From: Octopus bimaculoides
Taxonomy: Eukaryota
NCBI RefSeq assembly: GCF_001194135.2
Contig: NC_069001.1
Location: forward strand, 12,620,399 to 12,664,053
Direction of reading: 5' to 3'
Length of the DNA stretch: 43,655 nucleotides
Within the stretch, counting starts at the first letter, position 1, and every line of letters starts with the position of its first letter. The position numbers were made by a program, and so were the translations under genes. The notes under the pieces were generated by a model. The model did no database searches. It was not told the DNA's origin and saw only the letters and a program-made list of their open reading frames with translations. This document shows, in pieces, positions 11,766 to 23,350 of the stretch.

Positions 11766-12254
11766 TATAAGAAATGCCGCTTTATATTAGCTAATCCTTC
11801 TGTTTTCAAGGCAGTCAAGTTATAAGTCATTGGGATCTGATTGCTATTTCTAGTACCCTACCAAGTCCAGTTACTCCAATAACGTCCTGCTTATTAACAC
11901 GAAGTCAAGGTATTCACGCGGCTAATGGCTTTAGAGTCAAAAACCGAAATAACATAAAAGGTTAACCGAGGTGAAAGCACGTAAGTTCTGTGTAAATACT
12001 TTCACTCACTCAAAGAAAAACTCAATCAGGCATTGACTTGAGACGCTGCGCTATGAGATCCAAAGTAGGGCCATATGATCAGGAGCGGGATCTGTTCTTA
12101 ACTACCAAGCTGCTTAATGGAAGAATAGATGTCCAACGCTGCTGGGTTAACGGCATTGATTAAACCATATTTATGATAGAGTCAGCTGAGCAAACACACA
12201 TGCATATACACTATCACACACACAAGAACATACATGCACACACTCTCATACATT

Positions 12255-12299
<45 letters not shown>

Positions 12300-12340
12300 T
12301 ACACACACACAAGCATATGATAGATAGATAGACAGACAGG

Positions 12341-12371
<31 letters not shown>

Positions 12372-13205
12372 CCAGACGGACAGATTAATGGATACTTAGA
12401 GATATTATACAATATGTATATGATATAAATGATTATATATCTGTTATATATCCGTTTAAATATGCATATTATATGTATGTATGTATATATATATATATAT
12501 ATATATCTTACTATAATCTTTATCTTACTAAAATTGACTTGAAACCATGGTACAGAATATAGATTGGTAAAAGTTTTTATTTTTCATTTCCTTTCGAAAT
12601 TATCCCTAACTTTTGTGGTATGTAGTATTTTTGCTGCTATTTCTAGCGAGTAGATGTCCTATTATAGGCGTCTCTGCATTTCTAATGTATATATANNNNN
12701 NNNNNNNNNNNNNNNNNNNNNNNNNNNNNNNNNNNNNNNNNNNNNNNNNNNNNNNNNNNNNNNNNNNNNNNNNNNNNNNNNNNNNNNNNNNNNNNNNNNN
12801 NNNNNNNNNNNNNNNNNNNNNNNNNNNNNNNNNNNNNNNNNNNNNNNNNNNNNNNNNNNNNNNNNNNNNNNNNNNNNNNNNNNNNNNNNNNNNNNNNNNN
12901 NNNNNNNNNNNNNNNNNNNNNNNNNNNNNNNNNNNNNNNNNNNNNNNNNNNNNNNNNNNNNNNNNNNNNNNNNNNNNNNNNNNNNNNNNNNNNNNNNNNN
13001 NNNNNNNNNNNNNNNNNNNNNNNNNNNNNNNNNNNNNNNNNNNNNNNNNNNNNNNNNNNNNNNNNNNNNNNNNNNNNNNNNNNNNNNNNNNNNNNNNNNN
13101 NNNNNNNNNNNNNNNNNNNNNNNNNNNNNNNNNNNNNNNNNNNNNNNNNNNNNNNNNNNNNNNNNNNNNNNNNNNNNNNNNNNNNNNNNNNNNNNNNNNN
13201 NNNNN

Positions 13206-13261
<56 letters not shown>

Positions 13262-13455
13262 TCACATATACAATAATATATGCATACATACATAAATATA
13301 TCCCAATACATATATACTTACGTATTTATGCATATGTCTCTATATATGCATGTACACATAAATACGTTAAAACATATATAAACATATATATATAGGTATA
13401 CATACACATATATATATATCTATGTATGTATATATTCCTATGTATACATACACAC

Positions 13456-13486
<31 letters not shown>

Positions 13487-14649
13487 CATATATATATGTG
13501 TATATATATGTATATATATAAGTATATACATACATATATATATATATATATATGTTTATTAGCAAGTCCGCCGATATTTGCAGCATATACTTACACACAA
13601 AAGCATGCACACAAACACACATAAGCACACATACGCACACACATATGCACACAGAAACACACATGCTTACAGACACATACACAGACACATGTGTGTGCTT
13701 GTGTGTGTGTGTGTAAACACATATGCAGTACAACCTTAATTTATTTTCCCCGCATTTATATTCGCCGATTTAAAACTATATATGCGCAATTTTTGTTACC
13801 TATGCGCGTGTACCATTTCGAATTCCCTTCGATATCATATACATGTTAGTGTGTGGTTGTGAGTGTGTGTACCACGTGTATGCGTATGTGTGCGTGCGTA
13901 AGCGTTTGAGCGCGTGCTTGAGTGTGTATGTATGTGTGTTTATACGTATGTGTTTTGTTTGTGGNNNNNNNNNNNNNNNNNNNNNNNNNNNNNNNNNNNN
14001 NNNNNNNNNNNNNNNNNNNNNNNNNNNNNNNNNNNNNNNNNNNNNNNNNNNNNNNNNNNNNNNNNNNNNNNNNNNNNNNNNNNNNNNNNNNNNNNNNNNN
14101 NNNNNNNNNNNNNNNNNNNNNNNNNNNNNNNNNNNNNNNNNNNNNNNNNNNNNNNNNNNNNNNNNNNNNNNNNNNNNNNNNNNNNNNNNNNNNNNNNNNN
14201 NNNNNNNNNNNNNNNNNNNNNNNNNNNNNNNNNNNNNNNNNNNNNNNNNNNNNNNNNNNNNNNNNNNNNNNNNNNNNNNNNNNNNNNNNNNNNNNNNNNN
14301 NNNNNNNNNNNNNNNNNNNNNNNNNNNNNNNNNNNNNNNNNNNNNNNNNNNNNNNNNNNNNNNNNNNNNNNNNNNNNNNNNNNNNNNNNNNNNNNNNNNN
14401 NNNNNNNNNNNNNNNNNNNNNNNNNNNNNNNNNNNNNNNNNNNNNNNNNNNNNNNNNNNNNNNNNNNNNNNNNNNNNNNNNNNNNNNNNNNNNNNNNNNN
14501 GCGTGCTTGAGTGTGTATGTATGTGTGTTTATACGTATGTGTTTTGTTTGTGGGCGTGTTGGGAGAAGACACTCTTATAATCCAAGAGTTTATTGTCATT
14601 TTTTTGGATACCTTTCAAGAAATGTCACAGAAGTTTCGCAAACTTAGAG

Positions 14650-15035
14650 AAATGCGATAAAAATTGTAAATGGTGGTGGTGGTGGCGGCGGTGATGGGTT
14701 GGGGTTGGTGGGGTGGGGTGCTGGTGCTGGTGGTGCTGGTGGTAGGGCGAATGATAAGAGCGCTTGCGATGGTGGCGATTATTGATGGCGGTGTTGCGGA
14801 TGTTAATCCTGGCGGTAGAGGCTAATGATACGACGTTGTTTACGATGAAGCTGGCGATGAGGATACAGACGATCTCAATGGCGTTGACACTGACGATGAT
14901 GATGATGATGAGGTTGAGGAGGAGCAGAAGGAGTAGGAGCAGAATGAGTAGGAGCAGAAGGAGTAGGAGCAGAAGGAGTAGGAAGCGGACCAAGGATGTA
15001 GACGACGACGACGATGACACTGATGATGATGTATA
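14650..15035. repeat. Triplet-repeat tract with a 15-bp unit (aggagcagaaggagt) x4 at about 14920-14985
   Basis: (GGT)n, (GAT)n, (GAC)n and the 15-mer are directly visible. Confidence 0.9.
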
Positions 15036-15119
15036 TTAGTCAGAGTGAGTCAGGAAATGGCACACCTAAAAATGAAAGTCCTTCCAATGGTGACCATCCT
15101 ATGCGCAGACAAACCGGAA

Positions 15120-15311
15120 CTGTGTGTTTGTCCCCCCAACATCGCTTGACAACCGATGCTGGTGTGTTTGCGTCCCCGTAACTTAGAGGTTCGGCAAAAG
15201 AGACCGATAGAATAAGTACTAGGCTTCCAAACAATAAGTCCTGGGGTCGATTTGCTCGACTAAAGGTGCTGCTCCAGCATGACCACAGTCAAATGACTGA
15301 AAGAAGTAGAA
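15120..15311 (+). mobile_element. SINE family A, 3' half, little diverged
   Basis: gtttgtccccccaacatcgcttgacaaccgatgctggtgtgtttgcgtccccgtaacttagaggttcggcaaaagagaccgatagaataagtactagg...tgactgaaagaagt, about 85-90% identical to 7115-7315 by eye. Confidence 0.92.
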
Positions 15312-16317
15312 ATTGTAGCTTCGTTCCAAAATTTCCAATTAATATTACGTAAAATATATTCGATGATATTTGAAACCGTTGTAGAACAGGAGTACCTCTT
15401 TTATNNNNNNNNNNNNNNNNNNNNNNNNNNNNNNNNNNNNNNNNNNNNNNNNNNNNNNNNNNNNNNNNNNNNNNNNNNNNNNNNNNNNNNNNNNNNNNNN
15501 NNNNNNNNNNNNNNNNNNNNNNNNNNNNNNNNNNNNNNNNNNNNNNNNNNNNNNNNNNNNNNNNNNNNNNNNNNNNNNNNNNNNNNNNNNNNNNNNNNNN
15601 NNNNNNNNNNNNNNNNNNNNNNNNNNNNNNNNNNNNNNNNNNNNNNNNNNNNNNNNNNNNNNNNNNNNNNNNNNNNNNNNNNNNNNNNNNNNNNNNNNNN
15701 NNNNNNNNNNNNNNNNNNNNNNNNNNNNNNNNNNNNNNNNNNNNNNNNNNNNNNNNNNNNNNNNNNNNNNNNNNNNNNNNNNNNNNNNNNNNNNNNNNNN
15801 NNNNNNNNNNNNNNNNNNNNNNNNNNNNNNNNNNNNNNNNNNNNNNNNNNNNNNNNNNNNNNNNNNNNNNNNNNNNNNNNNNNNNNNNNNNNNNNNNNNN
15901 NNNNNNNNNNNNNNNNNNNNNNNNNNNNNNNNNNNNNNNNNNNNNNNNNNNNNNNNNNNNNNNNNNNNNNNNNNNNNNNNNNNNNNNNNNNNNNNNNNNN
16001 NNNNNNNNNNNNNNNNNNNNNNNNNNNNNNNNNNNNNNNNNNNNNNNNNNNNNNNNNNNNNNNNNNNNNNNNNNNNNNNNNNNNNNNNNNNNNNNNNNNN
16101 NNNNNNNNNNNNNNNNNNNNNNNNNNNNNNNNNNNNNNNNNNNNNNNNNNNNNNNNNNNNNNNNNNNNNNNNNNNNNNNNNNNNNNNNNNNNNNNNNNNN
16201 NNNNNNNNNNNNNNNNNNNNNNNNNNNNNNNNNNNNNNNNNNNNNNNNNNNNNNNNNNNNNNNNNNNNNNNNNTATGTGTGTGTGTATCTTTGTGCTTCT
16301 GGTTTTCCCCTCACCTT

Positions 16318-16497
16318 CACTTGACAATCGACGTTGGTGTGTTTACGCCCCCTGAAACTTAGCGGTTCGACAAAAGATGCCGATAAAACAAGTACTAGGC
16401 TTACAAAGAATAAGTCCTGGGGTCGATTTCTTCGACTAAATACGGTGTTCCAGCATGGCCGCTGTCAAATGACTGAAACGTGTAAAAAGAGTAATAT
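16318..16497 (+). mobile_element. SINE family A, 3' half
   Basis: Same 3' module as 15120-15311. Confidence 0.9.
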
Positions 16498-16502
16498 AAA
16501 CC

Positions 16503-16701
16503 GACACTCCTTCGGTTATGACGACTAGCGTTTCACTTGTTCTAATCAACGGAACTACCTGCTCGCGAAATTAACGGGTAAATTTAACGTAGTTCTCAGG
16601 GAGATTCAGTGTGACACAAAAGGTGATAAGTTTAACCCTTTCAAACACGAGTACTACTCGTTTTTATCAGCTGAGTGGAGTGGAGCAACGTGATATAGAG
16701 T
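16503..16701 (-). mobile_element. SINE family C, body/3' fragment
   Basis: gacactccttcggttatgacgac...tcaacggaac..cctgctcgcgaaattaacg...ttaacgtagttctcagggagattcagtgtgacaca...cagctgagtggagtggagcaacgtga. Recognised from recall of an abundant octopus tRNA-SINE; there is no second body copy in the window to confirm it. Confidence 0.55.
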
Positions 16702-16715
16702 AAGTGAGCAAGCGA

Positions 16716-16783
16716 TGAGACAGGTAATCTCGTTTACTTCCTGTTAACGAGTGAGGCAGGTAATCCCGTTGACTACCTATTAA
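16716..16783. repeat. 36-bp tandem duplication
   Basis: tgagacaggtaatctcgtttacttcctgttaa (16716) versus tgaggcaggtaatcccgttgactacctattaa (16752), 27/32 identical. Confidence 0.88.
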
Positions 16784-17254
16784 AAGGGGGAGTTGAGAAT
16801 ACAGCTGGACTTGGCGTGGATGGTACAATATACGAGAGGGAGTTGCATACGGATCGGACCGCTCACCACCTACCTTTGAACAATCGAGGACTGGACATGA
16901 GATTCTTTGGGTATTATACCTGTCGTTACATAATTTCAGTCTTTGAATATTAATTCCCTGTTTGAACAATTTCTGTTGTTGCGGTCAGACGTTTACCCCT
17001 TTTATACATAAGTATTTGCCTGATCGTAACACTATGTTTTGCAGGAAGAATGAGAAAGAAAAAGAAGGAGAGAGCAGAAGAGCCAGAGAGAGAGAGAGAG
17101 AGAAAGAGAGCGAAAGACCGATTGAGCGAAAGAGCATGAGAGCGAAAGAGCTAAAGAGCGAGAGAGCGTAAAAGCGAGAAAGTGACAGAACGAGAGAGTG
17201 AAACAGTGAGAGAATGAAAGAACGAGAAGCGGAAGAGTGAGGGAGTGAAAAGAC

Positions 17255-17327
17255 GATTTTGAAAATTAAGGGTGCCCGTTGATTTTGAACATTAAGGGTG
17301 CCCGTTGATTTTGAAAATTAAGGGTAC
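17255..17327. repeat. 26-bp tandem repeat, 2.8 copies
   Basis: gattttgaaaattaagggtgcccgtt at 17255, 17281 and (partial) 17307. Confidence 0.95.
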
Positions 17328-17999
17328 TGAATTATAAGGAAACTGAATCTAGAAAACCGCGATAATTTAGAAGTTGAAACCCGCTGTTTCTAGTTAAAAT
17401 GTCGATGCACAAAATTAGTATTTACCAAACATGTTTCACATGAAGTATTCTGACAATATCAATATAATATGATTGAGTTTTTATTGTTCTTTTTATCGAT
17501 TTCGTTAAATATTTTCATTAAATTTCTTTAAATATTTCGTATTAAAAAGCGGTAATAGCACAAAACAGCAAAGGAATTACTGTTTTTAAACCAAGAAATT
17601 TTATATTAATTATACTTTTTAATTATAGTTTAGAAACTTACATGATGGGGGTCGACAAGTTATCAGCGATTCTATGAAAGGGGTCAATGAAATATAAGCT
17701 ACCATCTAGAGTGAGTGAGAGAGCGAAAGAGTGAGAGAACGAAAGAACGAGAGAGCGAGAGAGTGAGGAAGTGAAAGAGCTACAGAGCCAGGGAGCCAGA
17801 GAGCGAAAGATTGAGAGGGTGAGAAAGTCAGAAAGTGACAGAGTGAGAGTGCAAGAGAAAACGTCGGGGGTTTCCTTGTTGTCGCGACGTTGTTTTGTCT
17901 GTTATCAATGGTTGTATCTGACTCTGGATGGTAGCTTATATGGGTTAAAAATAGCATCCAGATTTCCTACAAATCACGTCCTACGTATGTATACATGTA

Positions 18000-18127
18000 T
18001 ATTTGAAATTTATAGAAAAACAAAATACGAAGAGAAGTGTATGAATAACAAGCAGGTGTCTTAGTTTGACGCTCACGAAAATGAAAAAGTTTTTTTATGT
18101 TTTGAGCCTACGCTCTTCAACAGAAAG
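18000..18127 (-). mobile_element. Short repeat carrying a minimal type I hammerhead-like motif (copy A)
   Basis: Minus strand 18127-18097 reads cttt-CTGTTGA-a-gagc-gtag-gctc-AAAAC-AT, with a perfect 4-bp stem II. The changes GAAAC to AAAAC and ACGT to ACAT both look like CpG decay. Downstream it matches 3566-3650. Confidence 0.6.
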
Positions 18128-18390
18128 AAATAAGAGAAAAAAAAACAGAGACCGAATGAAAAAGACTTGTAGATTTCAGCAGTCCAGCATGGGGAATGTA
18201 TAAACTAACAAGGAGAACCTCTAGATCAGAGATTGGGGAAATGGCCAAGATTAGCACTTGGGGATCAGTGTAACTGTCTAACGGGTTGATGAACACAGTC
18301 TGAATATATCAAAAGAACATGTTCAATCGATAATGTAGACACGTTTTTTTTCTGCATTTTTTCTCTCTTCAACTGTGTTCTCTCCACATT

Positions 18391-18462
18391 TCTTGTTGTT
18401 CAAGTGCATAGATTCGAAACGTCAAATACTTGTTCCATTTTCTTTGAGCGTCAAACTAATAA
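18391..18462 (+). mobile_element. Same family, copy B, inverted relative to copy A
   Basis: tgttcaagtgcatagattcgaaacgtcaaa...cattttctttgagcgtcaaactaa. The core segment is 18/24 identical to copy A and retains GAAAC-GTC. Confidence 0.6.
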
Positions 18463-18509
18463 GGGCGGGTTTTTTGAGTCGAATAGATGGACACCAAATT
18501 CTTTTAAAG

Positions 18510-18610
18510 TCATGTACTTAATCTATTGGTATTTTACCAAACCGCAATGTTAGGGGGACGTAAATAAACCAACACCATTTCTCATGAATTGGCGGCGACA
18601 AACAAACACA
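18510..18610 (-). mobile_element. SINE family A, diverged 3' fragment
   Basis: gtacttaatctattggtattttaccaaaccgcaatgttagggggacgtaaataaaccaacacc is the reverse complement of the A 3' module. Confidence 0.7.
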
Positions 18611-18994
18611 TACACACAACAAACACATATACATATATGTATGTATGTATTTATGTAAGTATGTATGTACGTATGTATGTATGTATGTTTGTATGCATGT
18701 ATGTATGTCTGCGTGTATGTATGTATAGTAGATTTGAAGGGATAAGAAACTCAGAGCTTTATCCCGGAAAGCAATCACAGGGATGGCAGCTATTTGAAAA
18801 TTATGTAGCATGCATAACTAGATCATTGTTAGCATGCCTTTCTATAGATATAATGAGTGAAGAATTACCATGAGTTGTTGAAACATTTGTCAACCTTGAA
18901 ATAAAGATATCATAAAACCCAGTCTCCAGTTTTTATTATATATTTATATAAAAAAACATACGGAGGGATTCCATGCAATTTCTGTCTAAAAAAT

Positions 18995-19130
18995 TATATT
19001 TACAGTGCATTAGTCGATCCGTGGCTATATAAGGTGTCACCTGTCCAAGGCGACACACAGTGTGGGACTGAATTCAATGCTGCGTAGTTGCAAAGCGAGC
19101 TTGTTAACCAAACTGCCATGACTACGCCTA
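18995..19130 (-). mobile_element. SINE family A, diverged head
   Basis: The reverse complement reads gtaggcgtagtcatggcagtttggttaacaagctcgctttgcaactac...ttcagtcccacactg...ccttggacaggtg. Confidence 0.7.
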
Positions 19131-19672
19131 CACAATAATCTGCCTGCGCCTGTACAATAATGTTATTTGATCGTGTTGACTAAAGTGCCGTACATTTAAA
19201 CGCTCTAAATATTGGTCGTGCGCCATTTTGCTTTGTTTACAAATGTCCTTTCCACGAATAAATACGATGTGTTCTGAAAGTTATATAGGAAGCCGTATGT
19301 AATTTTATCTGGTCTGTAGAAGGGAAGGATATTTACATTGTTGCGTGCGATGGCTGCCTTTTATTTGATATTATCTGGTGGCTGTTGTTGGCCAGAGAAA
19401 GAAAAGGTGATAATAGATTTTCCGGTAGATGATACTCATTTCGACGCCATGGTTCTTAGTTACGGATACAGGGTAAGGGAAAAAGTTGTGCAACTCTATT
19501 CGAGAATAATAATGGAAAGGAATGATGTAAGACTGATATCAATTTGGTTTGAATGAGTTTTGATATTTTCTTTCATCTTACTATCATCAATATCCTCATC
19601 ATCATCGTTGTTATTGTCGTTATTATTATCATTATCATTATTATTATCATTATTATCATTACCATTATTACA

Positions 19673-19774
19673 AAGGTGGCGAGCTGGTTGAATCGTTAGC
19701 GCATCGGATAAAGTGCTTAGCGCTATTTCTTAAGACACTTCAAGTTCTTAGTTCAAATTCCATCGAGGTCGACC
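19673..19774 (+). mobile_element. SINE family B, head fragment
   Basis: aaggtggcgagctggttgaatcgttagcgcatcggataaagtgcttagc...agttcaaattccatcgaggtcgac matches 32421-32515. Confidence 0.8.
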
Positions 19775-20078
19775 CGCTCAAATGGTCCTTGAATAAAGGT
19801 TATTTCGGGATGTCGAACAAAACACCTATGTTTCCAGAGGTGAATTATTCAAACTCCAGAGAATTTCTCACAACGTATGGTTACGATGCTCATCCACTAC
19901 TACTGCTCGGCATTCAGCGATAGAGTTTAAAAGCGGGTTTTGATGTTGTTCCTAAAGCTCCAATGATTACAGGTTTTCAAACCTGACAATCATTGTTTCA
20001 TTGCATTTGTGATGCCGAGATGACAAGGAGCTGTCTATGTTATTAGATGTGAAATAAATACCGTATGTTTGTTGTCTG

Positions 20079-20117
<39 letters not shown>

Positions 20118-20264
20118 ATACATAGACAGACAGACATGCAGACAGACATACAGACAGACAAGCAGGTATTATCGACTCCAGTTGGACGAACTTCTAAATC
20201 AAACTTAGCCTGATTTTGATATGATAATAACAATAATAGTAGAAATTACAAATAACAGTAATTC

Positions 20265-20400
20265 TTTCGAATTTGGAGACAAGGCCATCGATTTGAAGGG
20301 AAGGAGATGAGTCGATATCATAGACATCTTTTATCGACCCCACTGGGATGAAAAAAAAACAAAAGCTAAGTTGACTTCGGCAGGATTTGGATGGTGAACA
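20265..20400 (-). mobile_element. SINE family B, old fragment
   Basis: ggagacaaggcc...gagtcgatatcatagac...ttttatcgaccc...ggatgaaa...agttgacttcggcaggatttg resembles 36245-36400. Confidence 0.6.
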
Positions 20401-21219
20401 TTAAAAGAGCCGTAACAAATTGCGCACAAACTATATTTCTGACGTTCGAAAGATTCCTTAATAAAAGCAACTGCGGCGACGACGATGATGCGGATGATCA
20501 TGATGATGTTGATGATGATGATCCTGATGATGGTGCTGTTCATGATGATGCTGATGACGATGATGAAGATGGCGATGTCGACGATGATGATAATGGTCGT
20601 GGTAGAATTAGTTATGACGGTGGTAGTTGTGGTGGTGGTGGTGGTGGTGGTGGTGGAGAAATATGGTGTGGAAAAGGTGGTGATGACGACGACGACGATG
20701 NNNNNNNNNNNNNNNNNNNNNNNNNNNNNNNNNNNNNNNNNNNNNNNNNNNNNNNNNNNNNNNNNNNNNNNNNNNNNNNNNNNNNNNNNNNNNNNNNNNN
20801 NNNNNNNNNNNNNNNNNNNNNNNNNNNNNNNNNNNNNNNNNNNNNNNNNNNNNNNNNNNNNNNNNNNNNNNNNNNNNNNNNNNNNNNNNNNNNNNNNNNN
20901 NNNNNNNNNNNNNNNNNNNNNNNNNNNNNNNNNNNNNNNNNNNNNNNNNNNNNNNNNNNNNNNNNNNNNNNNNNNNNNNNNNNNNNNNNNNNNNNNNNNN
21001 NNNNNNNNNNNNNNNNNNNNNNNNNNNNNNNNNNNNNNNNNGTGTGGTTCTGTTCGCTGGACTCACTTGCAGCGTAGCCAACCTTTGCGGAGTATGTGCG
21101 GCGGAGAAAAAAGCACGTGGGCGGGAATTTATCAGCGCATTGATATTGTAATATCATATAGACGTACACGCATGCTTACTGGAGCAAACGCGCGTGCGCG
21201 CACCCACAGAGCCACACAG

Positions 21220-21270
<51 letters not shown>

Positions 21271-21435
21271 CAGGCATGCATACACACACATATGCACAAA
21301 TACTCCAGGCATGTATGCACATAGTTATATGCATGCGCATGCACATACACACATACACACGCACATACAGATCCACGAGAAGTAAATCATGCAAAGCATG
21401 CTCATAATACAACATGAAGACAAATGGATATACAC

Positions 21436-21481
<46 letters not shown>

Positions 21482-21491
21482 NNNNNNNNNN

Positions 21492-21532
<41 letters not shown>

Positions 21533-21596
21533 TGTGACAGACAGACTGACAGATAGACAGAGGGAGAGAGACACAGAGATAGACAGAGACAGATAG

Positions 21597-21652
21597 AGAG
21601 ATGGATAGACAAATAGACAGACAGACAAACAGTTCGATAGATAGACAGACAG

Positions 21653-21693
<41 letters not shown>

Positions 21694-21732
21694 GATAGAG
21701 AGAGAGAGAGATAGAGAGAGAGAGACATAGAT

Positions 21733-21771
<39 letters not shown>

Positions 21772-22277
21772 GACATAGATAGAGAGAGACATAGATAGTT
21801 TGATAGATTGATAGATATATATACATACATACATGCATCCACAAATTCATACATGGGTACATACATGTATATATATATGTGTGTGTGTATATATAGACAC
21901 ACACGATCGTATGTATGTATATATATAGAGAGAGAATGTGTGTATGTGAGAGAAAGAAAGAAAGAAATATTGATGCGTACGCACATTCGTTCATGTACAC
22001 ACATAGCGATATAGAATCAGCGAGGTGTATCAAATTATGCTTATATATACAGCTTTGAATGTGAAAGTGAAATAAAGTCACTCACACGTTCAAACGCGCA
22101 CACGCGCAAACAACACACACACATACGTGCACACACGTATATACTGATATCCATATGTGTTTGTGTGTGTGAGTATGCCTGCATGTAAGTATTCAATTAA
22201 CCTATATATGTAGTATGAATGCGCTTGTGCGAGAACTCACTCAGACGTACAAAAAGAGATACAATGAGCAACTGCAG

Positions 22278-22315
<38 letters not shown>

Positions 22316-22374
22316 TGTGGAAGAGAGAGATGGATAGACAAATAGACAAACAGTTCGATAGATAGACAGACAGG

Positions 22375-22434
<60 letters not shown>

Positions 22435-22494
22435 GATAGATTGATAGATATATAGATAGGTAGATATATGTACATACATACATGCATCCACAAA
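21597..22494. repeat. Two-copy dispersed duplication inside (GA)/(TAGA) tracts
   Basis: agatggatagacaaatagac..aaacagttcgatagatagacagacaggta...(GA)n...atagattgatagatatat...catacatacatgcatccacaaa occurs at 21597-21845 and 22327-22494. Confidence 0.85.
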
Positions 22495-22909
22495 GATTCT
22501 AGTTAAGTCTTAATATGCGCGTATGTTGGTGTGAGTGAAGGAATGAATATGGGTTAAGATAGTTTCTGTTGAATAGTTATAAATGGTAGCTGAATGTATT
22601 TTATAAGTAAAAGACTTACATGCGATCACTAAATACTCCACATATATTTTAGTGTTATTGTCTCGTATATATATAATACTCCGCACTATATATATATATA
22701 TATATATAGGAGAACGTCAGTTGAAAAGGAGTATCTAAAAGAAGCCTATGCTCGTGTGTACGAGAGTATGAGTGTGTGAGTGTGTCTTTCATCTTGTGTA
22801 ACTATGTCAGTCTACCTATGTATGCACATACATACATACATACACGCACAATTTGCACCGAATCATGAATCTATACGTATTTATCTATACATGTATGTAT
22901 GTGTGTGTG

Positions 22910-22963
<54 letters not shown>

Positions 22964-23124
22964 CGCATATATAGTGTTATGCTCTGTTTTTGTGGATGTG
23001 ATTAGTTCAAAATGTGTCACTTTCCTCCGAAATACAAATTTATAATATGAATATGAACATGATATAGAGTACACACACACACACACGCACGCATGCACAC
23101 ACACACACACATACATACACATAT

Positions 23125-23350
23125 ATAGAGAGAGAAAGAGAGGAGAGAGAGAGAAAGAGAGGAGAGAGAGAGAGAGGAGAGAGAAAGAGGAGAGAGAGAG
23201 AAAAGAGAGGAGAGAGAGAGGAGAGAGAGAGAAAAGAGAGGAGAGAGAGAGAAAAGAGAGGAGAGAGAGAGGAGAGAGAGAAAAAAGAGAGGAGAGAGAG
23301 AGAAAAGAGAGGAGAGAGAGAGAAAAGAGAGGAGAGAGAGAGAGAGAGAA
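23125..23350. repeat. Purine-only GA minisatellite (ggagagagagaaaagaga-type units)
   Basis: Directly visible; about 10 variable units. Confidence 0.9.

Noticed and set aside
14553-14660. 35-codon open stretch GVLGEDTLIIQEFIVIFLDTFQEMSQKFRKLREMR*
   Set aside because: No start codon or convincing acceptor for the whole stretch, and no recognisable homology; expected by chance in 43 kb.
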